In this document: positions 50,336 through 58,769 of the stretch, one piece after another | How the letters are laid out: every line of letters starts with the position of its first letter | Position numbering within the stretch: the stretch's first letter is position 1 | Assembly: GCA_964568925.1 (NCBI GenBank) | Contig: CAZMSJ010000001.1 | Coordinates: 81,907 to 145,906 of the forward strand | Direction of reading: 5' to 3' | DNA from: an uncultured Gammaproteobacteria bacterium | Lineage (GTDB): Bacteria; Patescibacteriota; Microgenomatia; UBA8517 | Length of the DNA stretch: 64,000 bases | Notes under the pieces: generated by a model | Database searches by the model: none | Told to the model about the DNA's origin: nothing | Seen by the model: the letters and a program-made list of their open reading frames with translations, nothing else | Program-made: the position numbers and the translations under genes

Positions 50336-50445
50336 AAGGAAACCCCGTACGTAAGTACGGGGATGAATTTGCCTTCCCTTCACGTTGCGAAGCTTCGTGA
50401 TTCCCAAGGAAACCACGGACGTAAGTCCGTGGAGGTTCCTTTTGT
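50336..50445 (+). ncRNA. Candidate structured RNA / repeat: two paralogous GUAA-capped hairpins flanking a third hairpin
   Basis: The unit AAGGAAACC-N-CG(T/G)AC-GTAA-GT(A/C)CG-N-GG occurs at 50336-50362 and 50406-50432, with a 70-nt period. Stems are CCCCGTAC/GTACGGGG and CCACGGAC/GTCCGTGG. A central hairpin TCACG...CGTGA lies at 50380-50400. The flanking AAGGAA / TTCC(C)TT sequences can extend each stem. Confidence 0.4.
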
Positions 50446-50484
50446 GCAAAAGAAAAGCAAAAAGTCACATGATATATTCATACT

Positions 50485-50883
50485 ATGAACAACGAGACTG
50501 CTGGTTATTCAAAGAAAACATTGAAAGACAAAATTGGAATAAAACCACATATGTCGGTTGCTGTCATTGGAGCCCCTGCAAATTTTAGTCTGTCAGAAGT
50601 TTCATATATTGATGCTGTATCTCATGATCTAGATGTTATTCTTCTGTTTGTAACTTCAAAGAAAGACCTTCTAAAAGAGAGTAAACGGTGTCGAGATTAT
50701 ATAAAGAAAACAGGAGCCCTTTGGATTGCTTGGCCGAAAAAGACATCAAAGATTGTGACTGATATCGATGGGAATATCGTCAGAGAGATTGGGTTGTTGA
50801 CCGGTCTTGTTGACGTTAAAGTCATTGCAATTGATTTGACCTGGTCTGGATTAAAATTTGTATACCGGGTTACAGATAGATAA
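50485..50883 (+). CDS. DUF3052-family protein
   Basis: GYSKKTLKDKIGIKPHMSVAVIGAP...GALWIAWPKK...LVDVKVIAID matches the DUF3052 pattern. TATATT at 50473-50478 lies 6 nt before the ATG. Confidence 0.7.
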   Translation: MNNETAGYSKKTLKDKIGIKPHMSVAVIGAPANFSLSEVSYIDAVSHDLDVILLFVTSKKDLLKESKRCRDYIKKTGALWIAWPKKTSKIVTDIDGNIVREIGLLTGLVDVKVIAIDLTWSGLKFVYRVTDR

Positions 50884-50907
50884 CGTTCGTTTGATATAAT
50901 TACCCTT

Positions 50908-51309
50908 ATGTCAGAACCAAAAACAAAAGAAACAAATACATCTCTCACGGATTTTTTAGATTCACTTGCCTCTGAAGACAAACGTGTAGACGCCAACCAT
51001 TTTGTTTCTTTGTATGAGAAACAAACGGGAGAGAAGGCTGTGGTGTGGGGAACAAGTATTGTTGGATTTGGAAAGTACGCAGTTACTAAGGGAAAGAAGC
51101 AAACCTTTTGGCCCCTTTTGTCATTTTCTCCACGCAAAGCAAATTTCACCTTGTATGGTCTTTTGTCTGTTCCTGAAAACAAAGAGTTGTTGCCAGAAGT
51201 AGGCAAACACAGTGTTAGTGGAGGGTGCTTTTACGTAGAACACTATTCAGATATAGATGAAGCCATTTTAGGAAAGATGATTAAAAATGCATTTGCCGCT
51301 TCAAGCTAA
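50908..51309 (+). CDS. DUF1801 (YdhG-like) domain protein
   Basis: The pattern FLDSL...KRVDANHFVSLYEKQTGEKAVVWGTSIVGFGKY...FSPRKANFTLY fits DUF1801. TATAAT lies 7 nt before the ATG. Confidence 0.65.
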   Translation: MSEPKTKETNTSLTDFLDSLASEDKRVDANHFVSLYEKQTGEKAVVWGTSIVGFGKYAVTKGKKQTFWPLLSFSPRKANFTLYGLLSVPENKELLPEVGKHSVSGGCFYVEHYSDIDEAILGKMIKNAFAASS

Positions 51310-51322
51310 GAAAAGTAGGTGT

Positions 51323-52597
51323 TTACTGTCTGCTCTGGAGTAGTGTCAGTTTCTCTTTATACTCTTCAATTTCTTTTTTCAGTTCTGTCATTTTCAGTTC
51401 TCGACCAATCATTGCTTCATTCATTTCAGACAAATATCTATTTGTCTCTTCATACTTAACCGTAATTTGTTTCAGTCTTGTGATATCAGATTCAACTGCA
51501 ATGAATTTGACCACTTGGTCATTTTCTAAAATAGGGGTGACCTCAATGTGAAGCCAGATCGGGTCACCATTTTTTTTGTAGTTTAGTATCTCAACAAAGA
51601 AAGGTTTTTTCTCCTTTATCCCATCAATGAAACGCTTTGTGTCCCTTGGGTCAGTATCTTTTCCTGTTAAGATTTCTTCTCGTCGGTGCCCCACAACGTC
51701 CCCAAGTTCATATCCAGTGTTTTTTGAAAAACTTTCATTAATCCAGGTTATTTCACCTTTTTCATTGGCAATTGTTACCCCAGAAATTGTTTTGTCTGCA
51801 ACGATAGACATTTCTTCGAGTCTTGTTTTTGTTCTTTCTAGATCATCAATTTTTTTGTTTGCTTCTTTCAAACCTTCGGTTGCCTCCTGGTGAGTTGCAA
51901 GGATTGACCAAGGGTATCGTGTTTCAATTTGAAACCCTCTTCCTTTCTTTTCAATCTGGATGTAGAGATACGCAATTGGAATAATTAATAACGAAAGGAC
52001 AATTCTCACGATATAGTCAGTCAGCAAAATTGTAAGCATTGCAGGGGTTCCCCAAAAGGCGCCAAGGACAAAGATTGTCGTATCAAGAAGGTTTACCCCC
52101 AAGAAGACGAAGGCAATTTTTGCCATAATCCAAGAACTGTTTTTACTCATGAAGCTCCAGAGGAATGTTATGAAATAAAAGTCTGCAACTACTGCAATAG
52201 TTGAGAATATATGGTTTTGAAACCAACTGGTATTTAGTTGAAAATATGAAGGAAAGATTCCTGTCAAAGAGAGGGCAATGACACTAAAAGCATAGAGAGC
52301 TTCTCCTGTTAGTAATCCATAAAAGAGTTTTCGTGTCTGAGCTGGCCCATCAAACAAGAAGATGAGGAATAGTCCGAACAAAATTGATGGGAAGAATACG
52401 ATTGATGAAATAAAGATTGGGTATCCTTGAAAAAAGGTAATACTGCCTACATCTGAAAGCCATTGAACAATGACCATCACTGAAGTAAGAAAAACGATCA
52501 AGTACCCAGTTCCTGTTTTTTCTTGGTATCGGTGAATAAGCCCCACAACAAACAAGAGAACAAATATCTGAAGTATGACTAAGGCAGGAGCAATCAT
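51323..52597 (-). CDS. Membrane-embedded PAS-domain sensor lacking a recognisable output domain
   Basis: About seven N-terminal TM helices, a coiled coil, and a PAS core (GVTIANEKGEITWINESFSKNTGYELGDVVG...KKNGDPIWLHIEVTPI). The protein ends with the helix MIGRELKMTELKKEIEEYKEKL. No H-box or ATPase motifs are present. Confidence 0.7.
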   Translation of the reverse strand: MIAPALVILQIFVLLFVVGLIHRYQEKTGTGYLIVFLTSVMVIVQWLSDVGSITFFQGYPIFISSIVFFPSILFGLFLIFLFDGPAQTRKLFYGLLTGEALYAFSVIALSLTGIFPSYFQLNTSWFQNHIFSTIAVVADFYFITFLWSFMSKNSSWIMAKIAFVFLGVNLLDTTIFVLGAFWGTPAMLTILLTDYIVRIVLSLLIIPIAYLYIQIEKKGRGFQIETRYPWSILATHQEATEGLKEANKKIDDLERTKTRLEEMSIVADKTISGVTIANEKGEITWINESFSKNTGYELGDVVGHRREEILTGKDTDPRDTKRFIDGIKEKKPFFVEILNYKKNGDPIWLHIEVTPILENDQVVKFIAVESDITRLKQITVKYEETNRYLSEMNEAMIGRELKMTELKKEIEEYKEKLTLLQSRQ

Positions 52598-52654
52598 ACT
52601 TTAATACTAGAACTCTTTTGGGTCTTTTACAAAGTGAACAAAGAAGGAAGAGCG

Positions 52655-53128
52655 TTATTCTTGGTTATACGCTTGATAGAGGAGTGCTTCGTCAATTTTT
52701 ACCATTTGAAGCATCGCTTGCATAACTCGTCCTGACTTTTTCGGATCAGGATCACTCATTAGTTTTCCTAGCGATTTTGGAATAATCTGCCAGGTTAAAC
52801 CAAACTTGTCTGTTATCCACCCACACTGCAGTGGTTTGCCACCTTCAGCCAGCTTGTTCCAAAGGAAGTCAACTTCAGCCTGGTCTTCACAATGAACAAA
52901 AAAGGAAATAGCTTCGTTCATTTTGTAATGTGGGCCCCCGTCAATGGCCATGAACTCAACACCATCAAGTACAAATGAAGCAGTTAGCACTTTACCTTTC
53001 ATTTCAGGAACTTCGTCACCATAGCGAGCAATCATATGTATCTTTGAATTTTTAAACAGACTTACATAAAAGGTGACTGCTTCTTCTGCTTGGCCGTCAA
53101 ACCAAAGGAATGGAGAAATTTTCTGCAT
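52655..53128 (-). CDS. VOC-superfamily protein (PhnB-like / PF06983-type)
   Basis: MQKISPFLWFDGQAEEAVTFYVSLFKNSKI...DKFGLTWQI. The start is set at Met36 of the track ORF (53128) to remove the overlap with the divergent gene. Confidence 0.7.
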   Translation of the reverse strand: MQKISPFLWFDGQAEEAVTFYVSLFKNSKIHMIARYGDEVPEMKGKVLTASFVLDGVEFMAIDGGPHYKMNEAISFFVHCEDQAEVDFLWNKLAEGGKPLQCGWITDKFGLTWQIIPKSLGKLMSDPDPKKSGRVMQAMLQMVKIDEALLYQAYNQE

Positions 53129-53206
53129 CACCCATTGTCTCATGATTTCGCGATAAAGGCGAGAAAGAAAAGTGCTTGTTTCTTTGCTAAAATATGGGTA
53201 ATTGTC

Positions 53207-53566
53207 ATGAAAGAATATAAAACGATTGACCAATACTTGAAACAGTTTTCTCCAGAGGTCGCCTCAAAGCTCACTGCATTACGAGAAATGATTGCTGACA
53301 CGGTGCCTGAAGCTACAGAGGCGATTCGCTACGGTCTTCCAACCTTTCAATTGAACGGAAATCTTATTCATTTTGGAGGATATAAAACTCATATTGGAGT
53401 GTACCCAGCACCTTCGGGTATTGAAGCATTTGAAAAAGAGCTTACTCCGTATCAGAAGGGGAAAGGAACACTTCAGTTTCCTTTGGACAAAGATCTTCCA
53501 TTGTCATTAATTAAGAAAATTGTTCTCTTTCGAGTCAAAGAAAACCTCGCAAAGGGGAAAAAGTGA
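53207..53566 (+). CDS. DUF1801 (YdhG-like) domain protein
   Basis: IDQYLKQFSPEVASKLTALREMI...AIRYGLPTFQLNGNLIHFGGYKTHIGVYP. The start is the ATG at 53207. Confidence 0.7.
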   Translation: MKEYKTIDQYLKQFSPEVASKLTALREMIADTVPEATEAIRYGLPTFQLNGNLIHFGGYKTHIGVYPAPSGIEAFEKELTPYQKGKGTLQFPLDKDLPLSLIKKIVLFRVKENLAKGKK

Positions 53567-53570
53567 AGGC

Positions 53571-53954
53571 TTAAATGTGGTCTTCGTGGTCAGCTTCAGC
53601 GTCTGCTTTCGTTTTGTGTACCGTTTGATCTTTGTGATGGGCTGGTGAGTATATGGTATAGATTTTTACTGGGTTGTTTGAAGATGTATTTACCACATTA
53701 TGTGCTGTTCCCGCAGGGATAATAAAAGCGTCACCCTCGTGTACTTCATGGGTAACTTCACCAAGTGTTAGTTTTGCGTCACCTTTTTCAATTCTAATAA
53801 ATTGATCAACAATTTCATGTGTTTCAAGTCCAATGTCTTCAAGGGGATTAAGGTGCATCACTACAAGTTGTGCATGTTGACCAGTATAGAGAACTTTTCG
53901 GAAGTTTTCATTCTCAAGTGTCTCTTTTTCTATGTTTCCTATAAAGCCATTCAT
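53571..53954 (-). CDS. Cupin-domain protein
   Basis: The cupin motifs fit the context GLETHEIVDQFIRIEKG...GDAFIIPAGTAHNVVN. The start is set at Met16 (53954). Confidence 0.7.
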   Translation of the reverse strand: MNGFIGNIEKETLENENFRKVLYTGQHAQLVVMHLNPLEDIGLETHEIVDQFIRIEKGDAKLTLGEVTHEVHEGDAFIIPAGTAHNVVNTSSNNPVKIYTIYSPAHHKDQTVHKTKADAEADHEDHI

Positions 53955-53979
53955 ATCTGTTTGGAGTATACACCTTATC

Positions 53980-54381
53980 CTAGAGATCCGTTCTCTCAAT
54001 CGCGTTTCCCTCGAGATCAGACACTTTTTTGAGCATGATTGTTTGGTATTCTCTTAATTTCTCTTGAACGACGGGTTTTGTAGTTTCGTTTTCTTCTTCA
54101 AAAAGTGAAAGAAGCTCTTCATAGACATGAGCTGTCATTTCCTTGCCTGCGTCACTTTCGCTACGCATCTCTATTGAGAGAAGGATATATTCAGAAGAAA
54201 TGATCTGGAGTTCTTCAGTGATCAAACTATCAGTTTCTTGATGTACAAGTTGTTCAAGGATACTTATCACCCGTCTACTTACGTAATATTCAAAGGCTGG
54301 GTTACCTGGCGTAAGTTCAGGAGGGAAGGCAGAGTCAAAGATAGGAGGGATTATTTGTCTTTCGGTGACCAGTCTCTCCAT
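53980..54381 (-). CDS. Hypothetical protein
   Basis: 133-aa ORF predicted to be helical. No motif recognised. Confidence 0.45.
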   Translation of the reverse strand: MERLVTERQIIPPIFDSAFPPELTPGNPAFEYYVSRRVISILEQLVHQETDSLITEELQIISSEYILLSIEMRSESDAGKEMTAHVYEELLSLFEEENETTKPVVQEKLREYQTIMLKKVSDLEGNAIERTDL

Positions 54382-54429
54382 ACGACGAATATAGTCTCTC
54401 AGTAAGGTTCTTACAAGTTTTTTCTATAC

Positions 54430-54458
54430 AAAAATCCCTGGGTGTTTTAACCCAGGGA
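54430..54458 (-). terminator. Rho-independent terminator (minus strand)
   Basis: TCCCTGGG (54435-54442) / CCCAGGGA (54451-54458). The A-run at 54431-54434 gives a U-run on the minus strand. It lies downstream of the 54465..55106 gene. Confidence 0.7.
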
Positions 54459-54464
54459 AAACAA

Positions 54465-55106
54465 CTACCACATCCAGTGACACTGGTATGTATGTTTACC
54501 TAAACTTTTCTTACCAGAAAATACTTCTTCCACTCCACTTGCAGACTGAAAGGTGTTACTTTCTAGTCTGTTTTGATAGACGAGATTTTTGTGAGTAGTA
54601 TCTGGTATCCCTCTCCCTCCAAAAAACTGTTTTGTCTCATACGCATGCAAAAGCGCTGAAAGAACGACTGGTAACGCTTCCTGCTGGTAATACCCTTCAT
54701 AGGTCATCGCCCACAAGAGCGTCTCACCAAAATAGATATGAGTAGAACCCATTGATCTGCTTTCCCCTGATGTCTTGTACCAATGATCAATCAGCTTCAT
54801 GAGCCCTCGTTGATAGGGGATCATCTCATACCCTGGCAGAAAGCCTGGAATTGCTGTCGTACTTACCACCCAGCCTTGTCTCATTGCTTCAAAAAAGAAG
54901 TCTTGAACATCAGCTAATTGTGGACGACAGGTACTGTTGATATTCAGTTTCCTTTTGCAAAATGGACAGACTTTTATCTCAGGGGAGTTTTCAATGCCAC
55001 TTCCTTCAATTTTCTCAACAAAACGACTGACATTAAATGTGTTAGTCAGATGGTGGATAATTTGAGTTCCACAGGTGCGACAAAGGCGCTTTTCAGTCTT
55101 TCCCAT
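54465..55106 (-). CDS. Hypothetical protein with an N-terminal CxxC...CxxC zinc ribbon
   Basis: CRTCGTQI...CPFCKRKL, followed by a ~150-aa domain with no family I can name. Confidence 0.5.
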   Translation of the reverse strand: MGKTEKRLCRTCGTQIIHHLTNTFNVSRFVEKIEGSGIENSPEIKVCPFCKRKLNINSTCRPQLADVQDFFFEAMRQGWVVSTTAIPGFLPGYEMIPYQRGLMKLIDHWYKTSGESRSMGSTHIYFGETLLWAMTYEGYYQQEALPVVLSALLHAYETKQFFGGRGIPDTTHKNLVYQNRLESNTFQSASGVEEVFSGKKSLGKHTYQCHWMW

Positions 55107-55203
55107 TGGTGTAACCCCTTGTTTTTGTGTATAAGAAAGCCCTAACAGTAGGCATTATATCAAAAATATGGGTAAAATCCTATAAATTCTGAAACTGTGT
55201 GTC

Positions 55204-55785
55204 TTACATTCCCATCTGCCACTTTTTAATTGCCTGTGATGGGTAGAGAAGCATAATAATATTAAGTGTTAAGTTATCTCGGATAAGAAGTCCCACACCA
55301 ACCTCCATAAGAATGATTAATGAAACCACAGCCCAAACAGGGAGTCTTTTTGCAAGATAGAAGCCTAAAACCATAGCTAAAATATCAAAACTAGAGTTAA
55401 TGATACTGTCTCCATAATAGTCGAGAGACATGGTTGTTGTTCTGTATCGATTGATAATAAAGCTACTGTTTTCAATAAGCTCCCATCCTGTTTCAATTCC
55501 CAATGCAAGGATAAATGATTGGAAGAGTGTTATCTTTTTTGAAAGAAATCGACCTAAATAGAAGAATGCAAAACCATGAATGATGTGAGAGAAGGTATAC
55601 CAGTCTGTTAAGTGTTGAGAATTCTCACTGGTCATAACTGCACTTTGCCAAACCTTGATGTACCCACATTTGCAGATGATTACACGGCCAAAACGGTACT
55701 CAGCTATGAATGTAACAATGAGCCCTGCAACTGTTGCAAATACATATGACAACACGTTTGTTTTCTTTTGTGTTTTTCTTTTCAT
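55204..55785 (-). CDS. DUF2585 (UPF0314) family membrane protein
   Basis: SQHLTDWYTFSHIIHGFAFF...GWELIENSSFIINRYR...DYYGDSIINSSFDILAMVLGF matches the family pattern. Confidence 0.7.
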   Translation of the reverse strand: MKRKTQKKTNVLSYVFATVAGLIVTFIAEYRFGRVIICKCGYIKVWQSAVMTSENSQHLTDWYTFSHIIHGFAFFYLGRFLSKKITLFQSFILALGIETGWELIENSSFIINRYRTTTMSLDYYGDSIINSSFDILAMVLGFYLAKRLPVWAVVSLIILMEVGVGLLIRDNLTLNIIMLLYPSQAIKKWQMGM

Positions 55786-55844
55786 ACAAAGAGTACTTAA
55801 TCCTAACAGTGGAGAGGTGTTTGTTGAAAGCAGATCTTTAGATC

Positions 55845-55875
55845 ACAAAAAAATACCTGGCTTAACGCCAGGTAT
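55845..55875 (-). terminator. Rho-independent terminator (minus strand)
   Basis: ATACCTGGC (55853-55861) / GCCAGGTAT (55867-55875). The A-run at 55846-55852 gives a U-run on the minus strand. Confidence 0.75.
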
Positions 55876-55887
55876 ATGTCTACGAAT

Positions 55888-56556
55888 TTAACGGAGATTG
55901 TAGCCGCCATCCATCATCACAGATGTGATCGGGTATGGGCTCTCAATGAGTGACCATACTTGATGTGCTACATCAGTATCATCAATGATGCGAACCATAG
56001 ATGTCCAATATCGGCTCTTGGCTTCTTCAGTCATTCCATTTAGTTCTCTTGTATTAACAAGAGCTAATAACAAACTTGTAATCCAGACCTTTCCATTTTT
56101 GCCGTAGTTTGGGTTAGAGTTCACGGATTTTGCCCAGTTATCCATATAGGCAAAGGCGGCACTATAGTGTGGTGCTTCGACCAAGCCATGGATTGAACAC
56201 TGACCTAAGATGTTGATGATCCTACCATCTTCAACCAGTCGTTGGGTAGCTAAGCTCATAAACCGAATATGTCCGGCGAGCAACTTCAATGCCTGATTGG
56301 CCTGATCGATATTCATTGGATCAGCTGTCAGGAACGGGAAGGATGACATCACGACGGCATCTATTCTGCGATTACCTAATTTCTTGAAAAATGACTTAAT
56401 TGAATCATCGTCACTCAGGTCACACAAGTGAATCTCATGCCCTTGTCCAAGGGTTGAAAAGTGTGTTCCGATTGTGCTCCAACCACGGTCCATTCCTTCG
56501 AAAATGATAGATTTACCAATATCCGAGCTGCTGCCTGCAACTAGTAGTGTTTTCAC
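55888..56556 (-). CDS. Short-chain dehydrogenase/reductase-like (Rossmann) protein
   Basis: The N-terminus KTLLVAGSSSDIGKSI is a variant of TGxxxGxG. Size and secondary-structure pattern are SDR-like. Confidence 0.55.
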   Translation of the reverse strand: MKTLLVAGSSSDIGKSIIFEGMDRGWSTIGTHFSTLGQGHEIHLCDLSDDDSIKSFFKKLGNRRIDAVVMSSFPFLTADPMNIDQANQALKLLAGHIRFMSLATQRLVEDGRIINILGQCSIHGLVEAPHYSAAFAYMDNWAKSVNSNPNYGKNGKVWITSLLLALVNTRELNGMTEEAKSRYWTSMVRIIDDTDVAHQVWSLIESPYPITSVMMDGGYNLR

Positions 56557-56656
56557 AAAGAACTCCGTTTAGATTATGTTAAATGCTACCTATAATACAC
56601 CAATGTATGGTCGAAATCAAGTTTTGAAGTAATCTCTTCGTATGGTAGTATTTCCT

Positions 56657-57193
56657 ATGGATAAAAACATAGCAGTTTCCTGTCTTCACGACGATCTTTT
56701 GAATGCACACACAAATTTTTTGCAAACGATGGAAGGGGTAACAAATGAGGTAGCCGCCTTTAAGCCAACAGGTACAGCCAACCCAATTGCAGGTACCTTT
56801 GCACATCTTGTCTTTTCAGAAGACTTTTTCACTCAAGGATTTTTAAAGAAAGATAAGCCACTCTTTGAGACTGAATGGAAAGACAAAACAGGTATTAGTG
56901 AATTGCAGCCAACCGAATGGGTAACTGCGTACCCTGCGTGGCTCAAGAGTGTAACTGTCGATATGCCACAAGCTTTGGAGTACACAAAAGCTGTTTTTGC
57001 AGCTACTGAAGCATTTGTTGCAGGGCTTGTTGATGCTGATTTAGAAAAATCAGTTGATATGAGTATGTTTGGAATGGGTGAGAAAAAAGTAGGGAATTTC
57101 ATTGGGAGTATGATTACTGGTCACGCCAACAACATCATGGGTGAGATTTCTGTTTTGAAAGGAATACAGGGCCTCAAAGGATATCCATTCTAA
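56657..57193 (+). CDS. DinB-family (DinB_2-like) four-helix-bundle protein
   Basis: Shows the DinB-like pattern of helices and His residues (LLNAHTNFLQTMEGV...FAHLVFSEDFF...GHANNIMGEI). The start is the ATG at 56657. Confidence 0.6.
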   Translation: MDKNIAVSCLHDDLLNAHTNFLQTMEGVTNEVAAFKPTGTANPIAGTFAHLVFSEDFFTQGFLKKDKPLFETEWKDKTGISELQPTEWVTAYPAWLKSVTVDMPQALEYTKAVFAATEAFVAGLVDADLEKSVDMSMFGMGEKKVGNFIGSMITGHANNIMGEISVLKGIQGLKGYPF

Positions 57194-57237
57194 AGTCTTC
57201 TTTGTTTTCTTCTTCTGTTTGTTGCTACAATGAATCT

Positions 57238-57789
57238 ATGAAGAAAGTTCTTCTCTTAGTTGTTATTGTTCTTGGAGGAATCTTTATTATGTCACTTGGA
57301 AATCCATTCTCTCGGGTAGCTTCAATAGGGGGATCTGGGGATGTACTGAATAAAGAACGTGATTATCGAGATCCGGCACACTTTAAACTGGATGGAGTAC
57401 AAATGCCAACAATTGGCGTAACAAAAGAAGCTGACATATATACCTTATTTGGAAGTGATTTTGATCGACGACTAACCTTTAAAACACCTCGTGAGAAAAC
57501 GATTAATGGGACTACTTTTAGTTTTAATAAAATAATTGCCTATCAGGATTACACCTATGTGTTATCAAATGAAACAAAGAATGGGGAAGAAGTTCGAACA
57601 GGAGAGCCAGTAGGCCGTGATGAAGCAGTTATTTACCTCCTTGAAGGAGAGGTCCGTTTTTATGCAGTACGCAAACAAGTGAAAGAGGGAACGGACTATG
57701 TATCAGTGAGCCCATCTGAAAATCTTGATGAATCAGGAGATGTGTGGCCAAACTCCATGGCTGACATTGCAGACTACCGTTCACAATAA
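57238..57789 (+). CDS. Exported hypothetical protein
   Basis: Signal/TM segment MKKVLLLVVIVLGGIFIMSLG. The start is the ATG at 57238. Confidence 0.5.
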   Translation: MKKVLLLVVIVLGGIFIMSLGNPFSRVASIGGSGDVLNKERDYRDPAHFKLDGVQMPTIGVTKEADIYTLFGSDFDRRLTFKTPREKTINGTTFSFNKIIAYQDYTYVLSNETKNGEEVRTGEPVGRDEAVIYLLEGEVRFYAVRKQVKEGTDYVSVSPSENLDESGDVWPNSMADIADYRSQ

Positions 57790-58769
57790 AAAATAAGTGT
57801 GGTGCCCCACGGGTCTTTTAACGTAATAGTTTGTTCTTCCTCTTCATACGAAATGTTGTTCTTTATTAGTCTGTCAGTTAGAAGTGCATATTCACTTTCA
57901 GAGATTCCCATCTGAAACGAGTGGAGTCCTACGCTTGCTTCTCGTTTTGAAGCGCCAAAACTCTCCCATGTATTTAAACCCAAATGGTGATGGTATCTAT
58001 CGACTGAAACAAAAAGTGCTTGTGGTAGTTCTGCTGTAATTTCAAAACCGAGTATGTCTACATAGAACTGCTTTGCAAGGTTAATATCACCAACCTTCAA
58101 ATGCATGTGCCCAATTTTTTTGCTTGGGCTCTCATCCTCACGTGACAAGTGAAGTTCTATATACTCTCCAGGATCAATGTATGTGGTTCCCATGACAACC
58201 TGCCTGTTTACCCATTCCCATATTGATTTATCACGGTCCCAATATAATTCAATGCCGTTTCCTTCAGGGTCCTGCAGGTAAAAAGCTTCACTGACCAAGT
58301 GATCTGCGCTTCCTGTAAAAAGGTGTGGAGTTTGTTCAAATACACGAAGAAGTGTTTTCGCTAAATGCTTTTGAGATGCAAACAAAATTGCAAAATGATA
58401 TAAGCCAGTAGAACCCTGTTTTTGTACAGGGAGTGATTGATCTTCAATGAGGACTAGAAGTGGGGTAGTATCTGTCCCAAGTTTTTTTTTACTCCTTGGT
58501 CTTTTAGTATCGCAAGACCAATTGTTGATGTGTAAAACTGTACCATTTTCTTCATGTCCCGTACGTGGAGTGTAACGGTGTGTATCGTAAGTCCTTTCAT
58601 ATGTGTCAAGTATATCGCACGGGGGTACCTGATCTATCAGAAGTAGTTGAAAACATATACACTGAGTGCACGATGGCACAAGTCCATTACACAAAAGAGG
58701 AAAGCCTCCAATGGAAACGCTTAAAGCAGGGGGATATGTATCGATATGTTGATGAGAACGGTGATGCAT
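57774..58769 (-). CDS. Two-domain VOC / extradiol-dioxygenase-like protein (N-terminus and start uncertain)
   Basis: GLYHFAILF...ADHLVSEAFYLQDPEGNGIELYWDR and IGHMHLKVGDINLAKQFYVDILGFEI...YHHHLGLNTWES are typical VOC modules. The first ~100 codons of the track ORF are atypical and overlap the divergent topoisomerase IB start. Confidence 0.6.
   Translation of the reverse strand: MHHRSHQHIDTYPPALSVSIGGFPLLCNGLVPSCTQCICFQLLLIDQVPPCDILDTYERTYDTHRYTPRTGHEENGTVLHINNWSCDTKRPRSKKKLGTDTTPLLVLIEDQSLPVQKQGSTGLYHFAILFASQKHLAKTLLRVFEQTPHLFTGSADHLVSEAFYLQDPEGNGIELYWDRDKSIWEWVNRQVVMGTTYIDPGEYIELHLSREDESPSKKIGHMHLKVGDINLAKQFYVDILGFEITAELPQALFVSVDRYHHHLGLNTWESFGASKREASVGLHSFQMGISESEYALLTDRLIKNNISYEEEEQTITLKDPWGTTLIFYCER

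Noticed and set aside
50297-50588. ORFs 50297..50488+ and 50385..50588+.
   Set aside because: They run through the hairpin-repeat region and into the DUF3052 gene in the wrong frame, with no RBS. The DNA is better described as structured or non-coding.
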